Below, in pieces: positions 12,501 to 24,779 of a stretch of 64,000 bases of DNA (position 1 is the first letter of the stretch; each line of letters starts with the position of its first letter). The DNA is from Marsupella aquatica (lineage: Eukaryota; Plantae; Marchantiophyta). A program made the position numbers and the translations under genes. The notes below the pieces were generated by a model, which searched no databases, was not told the DNA's origin, and saw only the letters and a program-made list of their open reading frames with translations. The stretch lies in assembly GCA_973895155.1 (NCBI GenBank), contig OZ316893.1:1302860-1366859 (forward strand). The letters run 5' to 3'.

Positions 12501-15500
12501 AGGACTTCAGAAGGAAGGCAGGAACCCCACTAAAAGGGAAAGACATGGGAAAAACATGGGAAGGACAAATTTACTGAAAAGGCCAAACAACGTACAATAA
12601 AAAAAATCTAAAATTAAACAATAGACTCAAAGTAAAAGAGTTTCCAATAAATGATAGGTGGAAGAGTAGTGTACTATGATATACAGAGCAAAAGCTTGAA
12701 GACTGGTGCTAGATTTTTGTTGTCCTCCACCCCAGAGATTAAGCATTGAAATGCATGCTCCAAAGCAGGACATCTATCCTCTGTTGGATGGGCCTGCTTT
12801 CAGTTTTCAAGGCAAAAAAACTTACCATGGTGTGAGATAGCAGGTGGACCTTAGGCTACATTGTGGTGGCCAACCCTTTGCATCCAGACATCATTGGGAT
12901 AGTAGTGGCACAGAAGCATCAGTGGCAACACAGGCACCATGGACCAAAGAGGCAAAACATGCAGCTCGAGAGTCATCAAATAGCTCCCCAGGGCCCTTGC
13001 TATTGAGATCTTTGGGATACTACATCATCACTTTGGGGTTCCCCTTTGCACACTTCTCTTGAGTTTTGTTTGTCGGCCTTGGACCTCATTTGTTTGTTCT
13101 TCATTTTACTTTGTTTGGCCCTTTTGGTAGATTGAGATTCTTAGTTCCTTATTTAACAGTGGCAGTGTAAAGTTTGACTCAACATAGCCCATTTTTTCAA
13201 AATTGTTTAATGAGACCCATATTAGTATGGCTTGTCACTATTACAATTAGTTTGAGTACCCCTTGGTTATGTAAGCTTGTTTTATTGAACTATTTGGAGT
13301 TGCACATTATAATAGATAGATGAGAGGACAAACATTAAATGGAGGATTCTAAATGAAGTGAAATTTAAAGATAGTTAGGACAATTTGATGGAAGACAAAT
13401 AGGAGTACATTCATTTATGGTAATGGTGAGAGTAAAAGGTTCCCTTGGTATCACTATGTCTATATAATACATATATGTAACATTCTGTATACTCCTCTAT
13501 CCATAGTAGCCAAAGGGTTTATTAAGTTACCTTGGTGAATGCTTGGTAAATGTTAGAGAAGTCTAAAAATTTCTTGGATTTCTTATGTTACCTTGGTAAA
13601 TGTAAGAGTAGTTAAAGAGTTTATTTATACTTATCAATATGTAAATTAAATAGAAAATTGAAATAGATTACTAGAAAACACTGATAATATCAATCACAAC
13701 TCATCCAAAGATTAATTTATTTCACCCCTATTTTACCCTTTTCTTTGTCCATTGTTTTTAAAGTTATAGGGTCTAACTGTTTTTCTTTACCTGGTCTCAA
13801 ACACAAATAATAAAATTTTGGTTCTTTTTGCATAACTAACTGTTATTTTTGTGACAAATCATGCTCATGTGACTACACGTGCCCCAAGGAATTTTGGAAG
13901 TAACTTCCCATGGGTGTCCGTAAATAGTTGGTGAATAATTAATATTCACCCCCGCTTTGAGCCATAAACTTGGACAGGATCCCAAATATACTCTTTCTAT
14001 AAAAAAAGTCAACTTTGTTTCCCTAAGCATTAGGACCAAGCTCTTCCCATGTTGACCTATTATTGGATGCTTGACTACCCTTTGAAATCCCAAATTGACG
14101 TGTTTTCACCTTCCTGTCACAAACTTCTGTTGCTACAAAAGGCTTGGGTTGTCCCTCACCATCTTCTGCAACAATCCCACTCAAAAGCAATCAAGCCCTG
14201 CCGGTGAATTGGTAGCAGTGTAAGCAAAACCAAAGAAGATTCAAGAATGGTCAGAAAGGCACAAGGGACTATAAAAATCTTGACAAAGGGCTTTTTAGGA
14301 TATCAATCCACCGGGTAGTAGATTGCTATGCCATCAAAGGACCTTATCATATGAGATTTCTTATGAATTTACTTCAATGTATTCTTTTGTTTAGTCAAGA
14401 TTTATTTTTGGCTTATAACTCCATATGTGCAATTTGAGTCAAGAGTTTGCACTTACTGCAATTATTATTAAATGTAATTCATGGCATGAATTACAAATAT
14501 CGTGGTTGATTGTGAATTTCAAGCAGAAGTAATGTCATTTTTTCCTCCTAGCAATGTACTCATGGGCCAATAGCAGTGCTTGTGAACAACAAGATTGACT
14601 CAAGCACTCACAAGATGTGCAGGAGCCAATGGAGAAGCAAGAGCGACAAGATCACCCCGTTCTCACGGTTCAGGCTGTTCCCATTTGCTTGCCGCTAGTG
14701 GTTACAAGAATCACTTTTGCTTTCTCATTGTGACATAGTAGGTCACACATGTTATCACAACAGACTGGGCTCACACTTACAAAGAAATTGGATAATTGCA
14801 ATGCATTCATGGGGATTGACATAGTTGCATTTACAGAATTATGCATTTGGAAAAACTTTTCAGTGCACTGTTACATGTATGCATTAGTGAAACATTGCTC
14901 TTATAGAGGATTGCACTTATCCATTTGTTATTTAGTGAATCCCAAATGAACATCTGCATAAGCAAGAATCCTGCAATTCCTGTGTAGTTGTTCTGGGAGT
15001 ACCAAAAAATTGCACTAGTAGAGGGATCTCACTTATGGAGGTAGAGTACTGCCACCAATCACTATCTGGCCCGGCTGTGAGCGAATATAGGGGGACCAGC
15101 CCATGTACTAACCCATCTTTTGAACCCCGACCATGCTAGTCTCCACACCCCAACCTTGCGGCCAAACCTTTTTACTCCCAGGGCTGAATTCCTTCTCTTC
15201 AAAAGCTAGCAGGACAAAGCTCAACAAGATCAATCAGCAACCGCAATCAGCCCCCTCACTTCTGTTGGAATGTCTCTTCAGCTGCTCTGACTGATTGCAT
15301 TCGCCACTTCAGCTTTTCTTGTGGTTCAAACCACAGCTGGCCATTTTGGGTGAGTGAAGGTAGGACAGATGGGGAACCCTGGAGCCCCCTGGTGAGCCCC
15401 CTCTTGAGATAGATTCAGGGCTGTCTTGCATGTGATGGTCTTTGGAATTCTGGCCCTCTACATTCCTGAACATGCAAGGAAAAAGTAGATTTTGTTTGTC

Positions 15501-16238
15501 CACAAGATCTCTGCAAAATTATGTGTATCATTTGTTCTTGTAAAGTAAAGTACTTTGTTTGTTATGAAATTTGAAGGTCTTGAAGGGGAGGGCTGGAAAC
15601 TTTGCGGCCCTTGCCCTTAGATTTCCTCAAATGCTGCCATCAAGCCTCCCTAGGGAGATGGGTCACACATGAAGCACTCGCTCAATTATAAGGTCACTTG
15701 AGTTGAAAGGGCCAATTTTTTAAGGACAGTGGACATGCAAGACGGCCCTTAGCCTTTCCCACCCATCCTCACATCGGCCTGTTCACTTGAGTATGAAAGG
15801 GAGGGCCTGGTTGGGAACCCGGATCCAGGGGGCCTCGCCGGCTCTCTAAATCTTCCCAACAACAAGGTTTTTTTGGTGTGCAGCTGTGGGAGTGCTCTTA
15901 GGGAGGGATGAGTGGAGTCTCTGCCAGCAATTGGGCTCATGGCATGCCATGGGTAAGGAAAGATATCGTGCATACGATGATAGTATAGTTATACTGTAGT
16001 GGTAATACAGAGTACGGATAACTGTAGGATAAAGGTATGGACCAGGTCCACGTGACCGTAGCAGTCCAAGCGTGAGAATTCTGGGAAATGGGTGCATGCA
16101 TGCATGGATGCCTGTTACATCAATGGGCGCATGCATGCATTGGTACCTATATTACATCAATGAGCAGATGAGTGGAGCATACGGGACATGATGATATCGG
16201 AGCACCACCATTTTTAATATTTTACTCAAAGTGTGGAA

Positions 16239-16470
16239 GTGGAAGGAAAACCCGGATAAACACAAGGTTTCACAACGTGCTGGGATAGATTTTGAGAGGC
16301 CTAATAAGGACAATCCAAAACAGCATATTATACTCCCATAACACCATTTGTAGTGTGGAAGGAAAGCCCGGATAAAGACAAAGGTTTGACAACGTGCTGG
16401 GATAGATTTTGAGAGGCCTAATAAGGACAATCCAAAACAGCATATTATACACCCATGACACCATTTGTAG
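16239..16470. repeat. Tandem duplication, two copies of about 116 bp
   Basis: gtggaaggaaa...caacgtgctgggatagattttgagaggcctaataaggacaatccaaaacagcatattata...acaccatttgtag occurs twice (starts 16239 and 16355). Confidence 0.92.
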
Positions 16471-19400
16471 TTTTTTCAGAATACTTTGATTCTGCGTTGT
16501 TAGAGTAAGCTCTGATTCTGTGCATTCTAGTCTCATAACCAACCTTTGTGTCTAGGGCTGCTTTTCTTTCTTAGTTGTTATTGCAGTGGAAATTCCTCAC
16601 TTGAGAAAAGGTGCACGGAGAAAATGGTGAAATCATATGATCAGGTAGTGCTGATGAGTAGTATGCTGAATTCTATGACTAGTCCCACAGCATAGTAACT
16701 TGGTTCCCTATAATTCTCAAGTACAAAAAGTTCCTTTTATTGCTTCCAGACTTTTGAAAGTGACCATTTTTCTCAGTCTATTTTTCAGGTATATTGCTTC
16801 TCCTTAGCCAAAACATGTGTTTGCGGTCAATTTCAACAGATCCCACCTATTAATGGGGGATATCTTACCCTTGGATACAGGATACAGGTTCCAGTTTAGC
16901 ATCCCACCACATCTTTTTCACTTTGTTTAGTCAAGAATGAGCTAAAGGTAATTACTATTTTTTTAGCAAGGAGGGACATCCTGCAGCAAAACCACATTCT
17001 CAGGCAGGGGAAAACCCTGTTTGAACAAAAAACAAACAATCCCCCCGAAATGAGCGGCACCACCCTGAACCCAGAGGACCAAGGCAGAGACCCAATCAAG
17101 CCATATGCGAAAGAACGCAACCGCAAACGCAACGCAAACATGCTAAGTCTCATCTTATAGTGTGGTTAATGATAAACTAGACAGGGATACCGATACAGCC
17201 AGCGAGAGAAGTTGAATGAGTAGGCTAAACTTTCTCAAATCTGGTTGAAAATAGTTCTCATCTCCCCTTGCTAATTTCCTTAAACAAGCAACCCATTTCC
17301 TAAAATTCTTTGGACTCCTTGCAGATCCATTAAATTGCATTTCCAATAATTAATCTTCATGGCTGCTCTTTGTCTTGGCACCTCTTACATCACCATTGAT
17401 CGTTGCTTAGCATTCGTACTCTCTTCCCGTCTTCACCCCTTCTAGTTGCTCTCATCCCAACGGAATACTGTGTTGCATATGTAGTATGGGCTAAATGGCA
17501 TAAAAAGTGATTTGACCTTCTCTGTCCTATATGGCTTCCATACTGCAGCCCATAAATTCTTCTGACTTGGCGCACCCCTTATTTCTGTGTGCATTTAGTC
17601 AAGCATGTATTCACTGCTATCTTGTGTGCTTCATGAATAGTCCTAATACAACATGAATTGTGGAAAAACAACTTACTGCTCATTGCAGTTTTTGTTTTGG
17701 TTGAGCCTGTTAGCAAGAGGAACGCCACTGTCAGTGAGGGAAAGGCCGTTGGGCTAACCCAACACAATATTTGAGCACACAAAAAAAAAAAGGCTTTACA
17801 TCTAGCTTTCATAAGGAGAAAGGTAAACTAAGGTAATCCTGGTTGTTTAGGGGGGTTGGATGGTTTCATGTGGAGAGTAATTTAGTAGAGCAAGTTTGAG
17901 AAAAAAGAAAACTTGGATGTCTTTCACAAAACAGAACTTCTTTTAAATTCTTATTTCAAAAAAACTCACATACCATAGTGTTCTCTACACTGAGGAGTTC
18001 ACCTATATGGTTGAGGGGGAGTATAGAGCAGCCTGGTCTGATGACCGTTGGATGGGGTCAAGTGCACACTTTCACACAGTCAAGCCTTCGAGAAAATCAT
18101 GGGCTGACTTTCTTTTTCCTCTTGAAATGGAGAGTAACTTTCTTAGCAATAAAGAGTCAAACACGGGACAGGACACCTCAATATATGAAGTACCAGTTGG
18201 CAAGGTCAATCACTTTATATAAACTCAAGCCCATGCATCAAGCCTTGCACTTTCTTGTTATGCCATTTGGCTTGTTCTCAGGGCTTCTTTTCCTTTTGTT
18301 CATGGACCACTTCTATGACCACCCACGATAACAAAAATATAAATATTGCGTCTCCACTATATTTATAAAGTAGCTAAACGACATATCTACCATCGTACAA
18401 ATCTCCATCTCAGTTTGAGTCTAGATTCACCATGCCACTACAGTAGGCCTCTTCTCTTTATTTTCTCAACAAATCCAATAGGCACGGTTCCTCAAGAGGG
18501 TAACCTGCCACTCAGGGTAAGGTAGACAAATATGACTGCCTCACTAGCCACACCAATAACTGAAGATGAATGCCTTTATAAATATGCTGGTGGCAATTAC
18601 TATCAGGTTAACTGTATTTACTCGCCCAAATATCATAGCTTATGCACAGGAGGGGCTCCCTATGCTGAGACTCCCCATGCCCTTCCCTGTTCATAAGTAT
18701 AATATAATTACTAAAGTTTCTATTACCAGAAAAATTATGTGGATGATTTTGTCCTACAAGTAGGTCATGACCGGTAGACATCCATTGCAAAATTGTAAAA
18801 TAGATAAACTAGCCTTAATATCTGAGATTTGCTTATTTAGAGTTCATCTTTGCCCATTTCCTGTTCCACCGAACCTCAGTTATGCCCTTGCCCATTTCCA
18901 CCGAACCACAATTATGCCCCTTGCCCATTTCCACCGAACCACAGTTGTGCCCCTAAAGTAACTGTCTAAAGACTTCACTCTTGGTCATAGGCACTTCAGA
19001 TATTTTAGATACTATAGTTTTCAATCGCACTTTACTAAATGGAGATCTATGACCAAGCAACCCTTGACCATTACTCACAAACATAGGTGGTCAGCTCTAC
19101 GAGTTGAACATGAAAGCTACACTTCCATCCCAAAATCATAGTATAGAGAGCTCTGACCAGGCAACCTATAACAAATTGTCAATTCCGATCTCCTCACAAT
19201 AGCATCCTAGTATTAAGTAGTAGTGGAATTGAGCTTAGAGACCACAACATTCCAGAGCTCTTCACCTTTGAGTAGGTCCTTGGAAACTTTATTGAAATCT
19301 TCTCATAGCTCGTTAAAGTTTTCATTTCAAGGCAACGTCATACATACTAGATGATAACTTTCTTTTGATCGGTTTCCTCGAGACGACCCTTTCGCTGGCA

Positions 19401-20184
19401 TTGAAATTACTGGTCTGTCGAGCGCGAACGTTTGTAATGATCGAAGCAATTGCATTTCGAGGATTCCACATTTCGATAACTGTGAGCAATGTTTCCCGGC
19501 ATTGAGATGGAGAGATCTCCGAGAGTCCACGTCTCTCCTTAAGGATTCGTTTGTCCGAGAGTCTACCAATTCGTTTGACTCCGAGCAGAAATCCTAGCGC
19601 TGCATCAAATTCGCGCCGTCAATTCTCTCAGGGAGATATATTTCAATGTTGTCTGTTTTCTCGAATTAGAATATCTCGTGGGCCATGAGGCTGGCGTTGG
19701 TGTAGTGGCAGCCCGAATTGGAAGGGAAGAGACGGGACAGGAAGGATGAAGGAGGAGGATGGGCGGGAGTACCTGCAGAAAAAAGCTGAAGAAAGGTGAT
19801 ACAAAATCCGCAGCCCCACATGACATCTGAGCATAAAATAATATCCCACTAGCTCGTTGTGAAGAAGCCTGCATGCTAGATCTCTTGCTAATAGTAGGTG
19901 TCTTTAGCAATCTTGTGGGTCCGTTTGTGCCGCAGAGCAAATTCTCGTGGGACCCTGGTTGGCTTTCAGCAGTCTCATGGGTTCAGAGCAAGCATTCGTC
20001 AACAGCTTCGGGTAATTCTTCTGTGCTACACCCCAAGCATTGTCTTCCGTCAAGGATCATAAAAGTAAATGCAGATGCTGAGGCTATGGACTTCTATTAT
20101 TTTCAAACTTGTCCACGAAAGTTTGATTAGGTTGGATTCAGCGATTCAGACAAATTTGCTCTAATACCTGAACGAAATCGTTTC

Positions 20185-22561
20185 TCGCCTCAATCATCTC
20201 GATGCTCAATATTCGATCAAAAGTTCTCCTGGCATCAAATGAGGTTATGTCACAATGACAAACTTCAAGTTTGTAATGCCTCGCTTCTTTTCCTGCGACA
20301 CAGAAAATTTAGCTGCCATCAACACAGAAAGGAACTATACTATCTAAAAATGGAATCAAAAACACCGTAGGAAAACCCGTGTCGATCTTCGAGGTACAAG
20401 TCAGGATCCTCTAATCTTTTCTATCAACTGGGAAGTTGTTTGCCAGGCTGATTAGATCACCAACATTATATACTTCATACAAGAGTGCTAACTGGTGTGT
20501 AACTTGTGAAGGTCCAAAAGACCGCATGGCTTGGCACTCAATCATACCACAAATGAGGTTATGTCACAAGTGACAATCTTCAAGTTCGTAAGCCCTCGCT
20601 TCCTGCGGTGATACAGAAAATTTAGCTGCCATAAACACAGAAAGGAACTATAGTATCTAGAGACCTCCAGTCTATCCTTGAAAAATGGAATCAAAAGCAC
20701 CATAGGAAAACCCGTGTCGATCTTCGAACTACAAGTAAGGATCCTCCAATCTTTTCTATCAACTGTCAACTTTTGATGCCTGCCAGCCTGATCAAAACAA
20801 CAACATTACATACTTCATACCAGAATGGTAACTTTTGTATCACTTGTGAAGGTCCAAAGCAGGACCTGGCCCTCAATCGTACCTAGCTGATTACATATTA
20901 TTGCCAAGGAGGCTTTTTTCCCTCACATAAGACGCAGCCCCATGAAGATTCAATTTGGCAGAACTAATAGAAGGTTGCCAATCAACTCACCGACAGTCCT
21001 CATCTACAAAAGCCTTTTGCGTTCCAGAGTTTAAAACCCCCGTGAACCCCATCCACAGCAAGATCTAGCACAAACTGGCCATCTTCTAATTCAGCTGTTT
21101 CACTATAGATTTCTAGCATTGCCTTCTCTGCCTCATCGAGAGAAGTGGAAGGCGTTGGAAAATATGCACGACTGCAGCCAAAATTTTCCAACAATGTCCG
21201 GCTTAATACACAATGGTCAACACAGTGAGCACGTCTTACAAATTTTTCGTACTCGCCAGTCCTGCTTGTTATGCATTATCGCAAAACGCAACAATTTCAG
21301 TGCGTGGAAAGGGAGTTAAACTTCACAATAAAGAACTCTGACCCACGGGCAAACTATCCAATATCAAAGCCCAGGCAGGATAATTTTAACGTATTAAAAA
21401 TTTGACCAAGAAAGGGGTAATAGTTTCCGTGTCTAAATCGTGGTATTCATTGCAAAAGCCCAATAAGATAAATGCAGCTTGAGAACCTTTGAACAGCATC
21501 TTCGTTCAACAATGTCGACTGCTGTTCATGAAGCTTGAAAAGTCAAACATCCACCACTTTACATATTTATGTCCCAGCTTTTGTATCCTGCAGAAATATC
21601 TGCGAGTCAGCATCAACCGTCAAAGCATTCGACTCAAGTTCAGCTCTATCTGGTCGTTGTTCCAGGACATTGTTTTTTTAATTGTACCTGTATTTGAGAT
21701 GTTTTCCGAGAGCGACCTTATAGAATTTCAGTTGGGACTTGTAATGCTGAACATTGGAGTCCTCTTTATTCACCGCGATGGGCATCTCATTCAATGCTGC
21801 CAAAATAAAATAACAAAAAACATGACCCTTCACATCAGCTCGCTTCATTCAGCCGCCCACCAAGATATGTTGTTGACCGTCGCACCAATTCAGTCAATCT
21901 ACAGACACAGCGGGGTTGAAGCCTTGCTTTCGTTTGAACTCTCTGCTGAGACTCTTGTCCTGTCTACCGGCACATTTTTCCTCTGCCAATTCTACTTACC
22001 TCTTCCTTAGTCTACCTTCGCCGATTCGTTCTTTACTAATTCGTCTTGTGTTCCAGAGGAAACGGAGGGGCTCCGGGCGGAACAGTTTTTGTGGAATCTG
22101 GACGAAAATGACTGGATTACAGGGAACCGGCAGGACAGGGGAACACAGTAAAGGACAGAGTTCACCATTACTATCCATTCCGACAACGAGTATTTGCCTG
22201 ACAACGAGTATTTGCCTGAGCTGCATTCTTGAAGTTGTCTCGACCACATCACTTATCTAGGGACGCTACCAACAACAAAATGCATGAAAAAAACGCATTC
22301 TTCATTTTGTTTACTCGAACGTACCTTTTGAAGGCCGCACAAACGTATATATAAATGTAATGGATGCTCACAGATATTGGGTGAATCGCAAGAGCTTTGG
22401 AGCCGCTTCTCTCTAGTAGGCTGCATGAGCGAGACGCGAGCAGCTGCCGGGTGCCGAGCCGAATCAGCCAGGTCTGGGAGTACATTTGTGTACAAAGCTC
22501 GCATTCCCATTCGTGCTGCGTATTCGCTGGACGCTGCCACTATTGACTTGGACGTGCCCAT
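20185..22561 (-). pseudogene. (S)-coclaurine N-methyltransferase-like / CMAS-family SAM methyltransferase pseudogene, multi-exon
   Basis: Reconstructed minus-strand exons: 22561-22372 MGTSK...NVLPD(fs)LIRLGTRQLLASR; 21796-21688 LNEMPIAVNKEDSNVQHY...FYKVALGKHLKYS (cag/gtac splice sites); from 21171 AYFPTPSTSLDEAEKAMLEIYSETAELEDGQFVLDL(fs)CGWGS; about 20615-20550 KRGLTNLKIVTCDITSF; about 20295-20185 ...DITSFDARRTFDRILSIEMIE. These are family motifs in the expected order, broken by frameshifts. Confidence 0.82.
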
Positions 22562-22799
22562 TCTCTTGGGTTGAGTTGGACTGTTCTCCACTCCACTCCA
22601 ATGCAACCCAACTCGACTGCAACCGGGTAGAAAGGCTGATCGATCAGAATACCACACAGGAAGAAGAACTAGAGGAAGGTAAGTATTCCGGTTTGGATTG
22701 TTGCTTCGAGCGGGCTAATCATGTGCTCCTGGTCATCTGGGCTTACGCTATCTGCGTGCTTGAAAGCAACGGCAGTGGTCCGGGTGCTCCTTCATGTCC

Positions 22800-23042
22800 T
22801 GAACTACATTCGAAGAGATACAGATATTTAACTCGACATCGGAGCTCCTTACTAATCTACATTTGAAGAGAAAGAGACATTCAACTAGATCTCCTACTAT
22901 GCTCAACTACATTCGAAGAATGATACATTCAACTCGACATCGGAGCTCCTTACTACTCTACATTTGAAGAGAAACAGACATTCAACTACAGTAGATCTCC
23001 TACAATACTCAACTACATTCGAAGAATAGTACATTCAACTCA
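22800..23042. repeat. Degenerate tandem repeat (unit about 105-110 bp) just upstream of the methyltransferase pseudogene
   Basis: aactacattcgaaga occurs three times and aactcgacatcggagctccttacta twice. Confidence 0.8.
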
Positions 23043-24104
23043 AGATTGGTGTCTTCGAGGAGAGGAGCGATGAGAGGTGGTCAGGGGTCGAGCAGAAATA
23101 CAAGTGTAAAAGACTCTGTGGGGGCGAAAATACAACGGAAAATACGTAATACTGAACAAGAACACGACGAAGTGTACCTTTGGAGGGAAACGGAAAATGC
23201 AGAGAAATGTTGAAATGTTGAAATGTACATTGGGGGCGAAAGAAAAAATGGGAGGAATATGCCTTTGGGACGAAAGGGAAAATGTAAGGAAAGGATGAAA
23301 TATGTAGCTTTGGTGCAGAAGGGGGATGCAAGGAGAAGACGCCATGATTCTACCTATAGAGAAACATGAAATACAAGGAAAGTACTAGAAAAGAAGATGC
23401 TTGCAAAGAAAATGAGGCGTAGGAAATACAAAGACAATGTATAGTGTGAGTACTTTTCTAGAATATTAAGCAATGATGGAGGGGCAATGATGGAGGGGCA
23501 ATCCCCATGAATTGGGGAAGTTCATCAGACAATTTATATTGGGAAAATCTAGTGACATACTTTTAGACCAACCTTTCACTTTTGCAAAGGATGCCTCAAG
23601 TAATTCTCCAGGCACCCGAACTATACCTTAATCACAATCACTGTCTTGGTTTCAGGTTGGTTTCAGGTTACCTATATATAAACTATTTTGGGTTGCCCTT
23701 CTATTCCCCTCCTCCTCACACATCTGACTTCAGGGTAGCCCAGTAACATTACCTATGGAACTCTGTAACTACATTACAAAAAACTCTATAATGTAGCTAC
23801 GGAACTCTGTAATACAGCTACGAAACTTTGTAACTACTGGATGGGAAATGAACATTCCGTCCACTTCAAAAATGTTCCGTCCAAACAGCTTATTCTGTCC
23901 ATTCAGTTGGCATTTTCCATCCTCTAGCAAGCTCAGAAACTGTCGAAGCTAGGTGATTATCAGGCTTGAAATACCCTAAAATAGAAACATTCAATGGTTG
24001 ACACACTCATTAAAATATTCTTGTTGTTACAGGTGTTGATCTAGCCAGATCTGGAATAATGGTAAGTTGATCACCACCCTCTAATGTCTGTTTTTATGTG
24101 CTAA

Positions 24105-24131
24105 CGAGCCCTATGCCCGTGCGCTGCACGG
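24105..24131 (-). mobile_element. Probable canonical Helitron 3' terminus (hairpin plus CTRR-like end)
   Basis: Minus strand reads CCGTGCAGCGCACGGGCATAGGGCTCG|T: a CCGTGC/GCACGG stem about 8 nt before CTCG, one mismatch from CTAG, followed by T. The 5' end was not identified. Confidence 0.5.
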
Positions 24132-24779
24132 CACAAGGAGGGTCGGCCCATAGGGAGTCAGGCCGGGGCATTTATGGGGCAGCGTGGGGAAGCACATATG
24201 CGCCAGGGGTGCCCATTTCCTCCATCAATGATCAGTGAAAATAGTCAATCGAATCCAACGGCTATGGATCTTTCCCGCCTAATAGCTTTTTTGTATTGGG
24301 ACAAAGGACAAAAAAGGTGGGATCCCTTATTATAGTTGTCGATGGAGCTAATGTACTAGAGTATCTCACCAAGACTAACATAGTGTCTGGTGATCTTGTA
24401 ATCAGATTAATCCTACTAACCTCTAAATGAATTACAAAAATCTGCAAACTAACTAGTTACTAGCCTACGTTCTCCTTCTCATCCTCCTCCCCGCCATAAC
24501 AATTTTTATTGTCACTGAACAATTGTGGAAAGAGTTTCCAGAAATGTTGTTGCCCACAAAAACTCAGCCATGTGCTGGTTGTGAAATTCTTGCGTGAAGA
24601 TCAGGGTTTTGCTTAAGCAACTCGCCCACCCAGTCAATTTTGTCGTAGGACAAATCCCATTTGGCAGCATCCGCATTTTGTACAACCATATCTCCATACA
24701 TGTCTACATTCCTTCCTTCTTGCCAAAAACCAAAGTCACATCAATCTCTTGCTACAAACATAAGCAGGAAAGTCAACAG

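Noticed and set aside
19290-19326. Possible next methyltransferase exon (MKN...KIS-like)
   Set aside because: Needs several assumed indels and lacks a clear splice acceptor.
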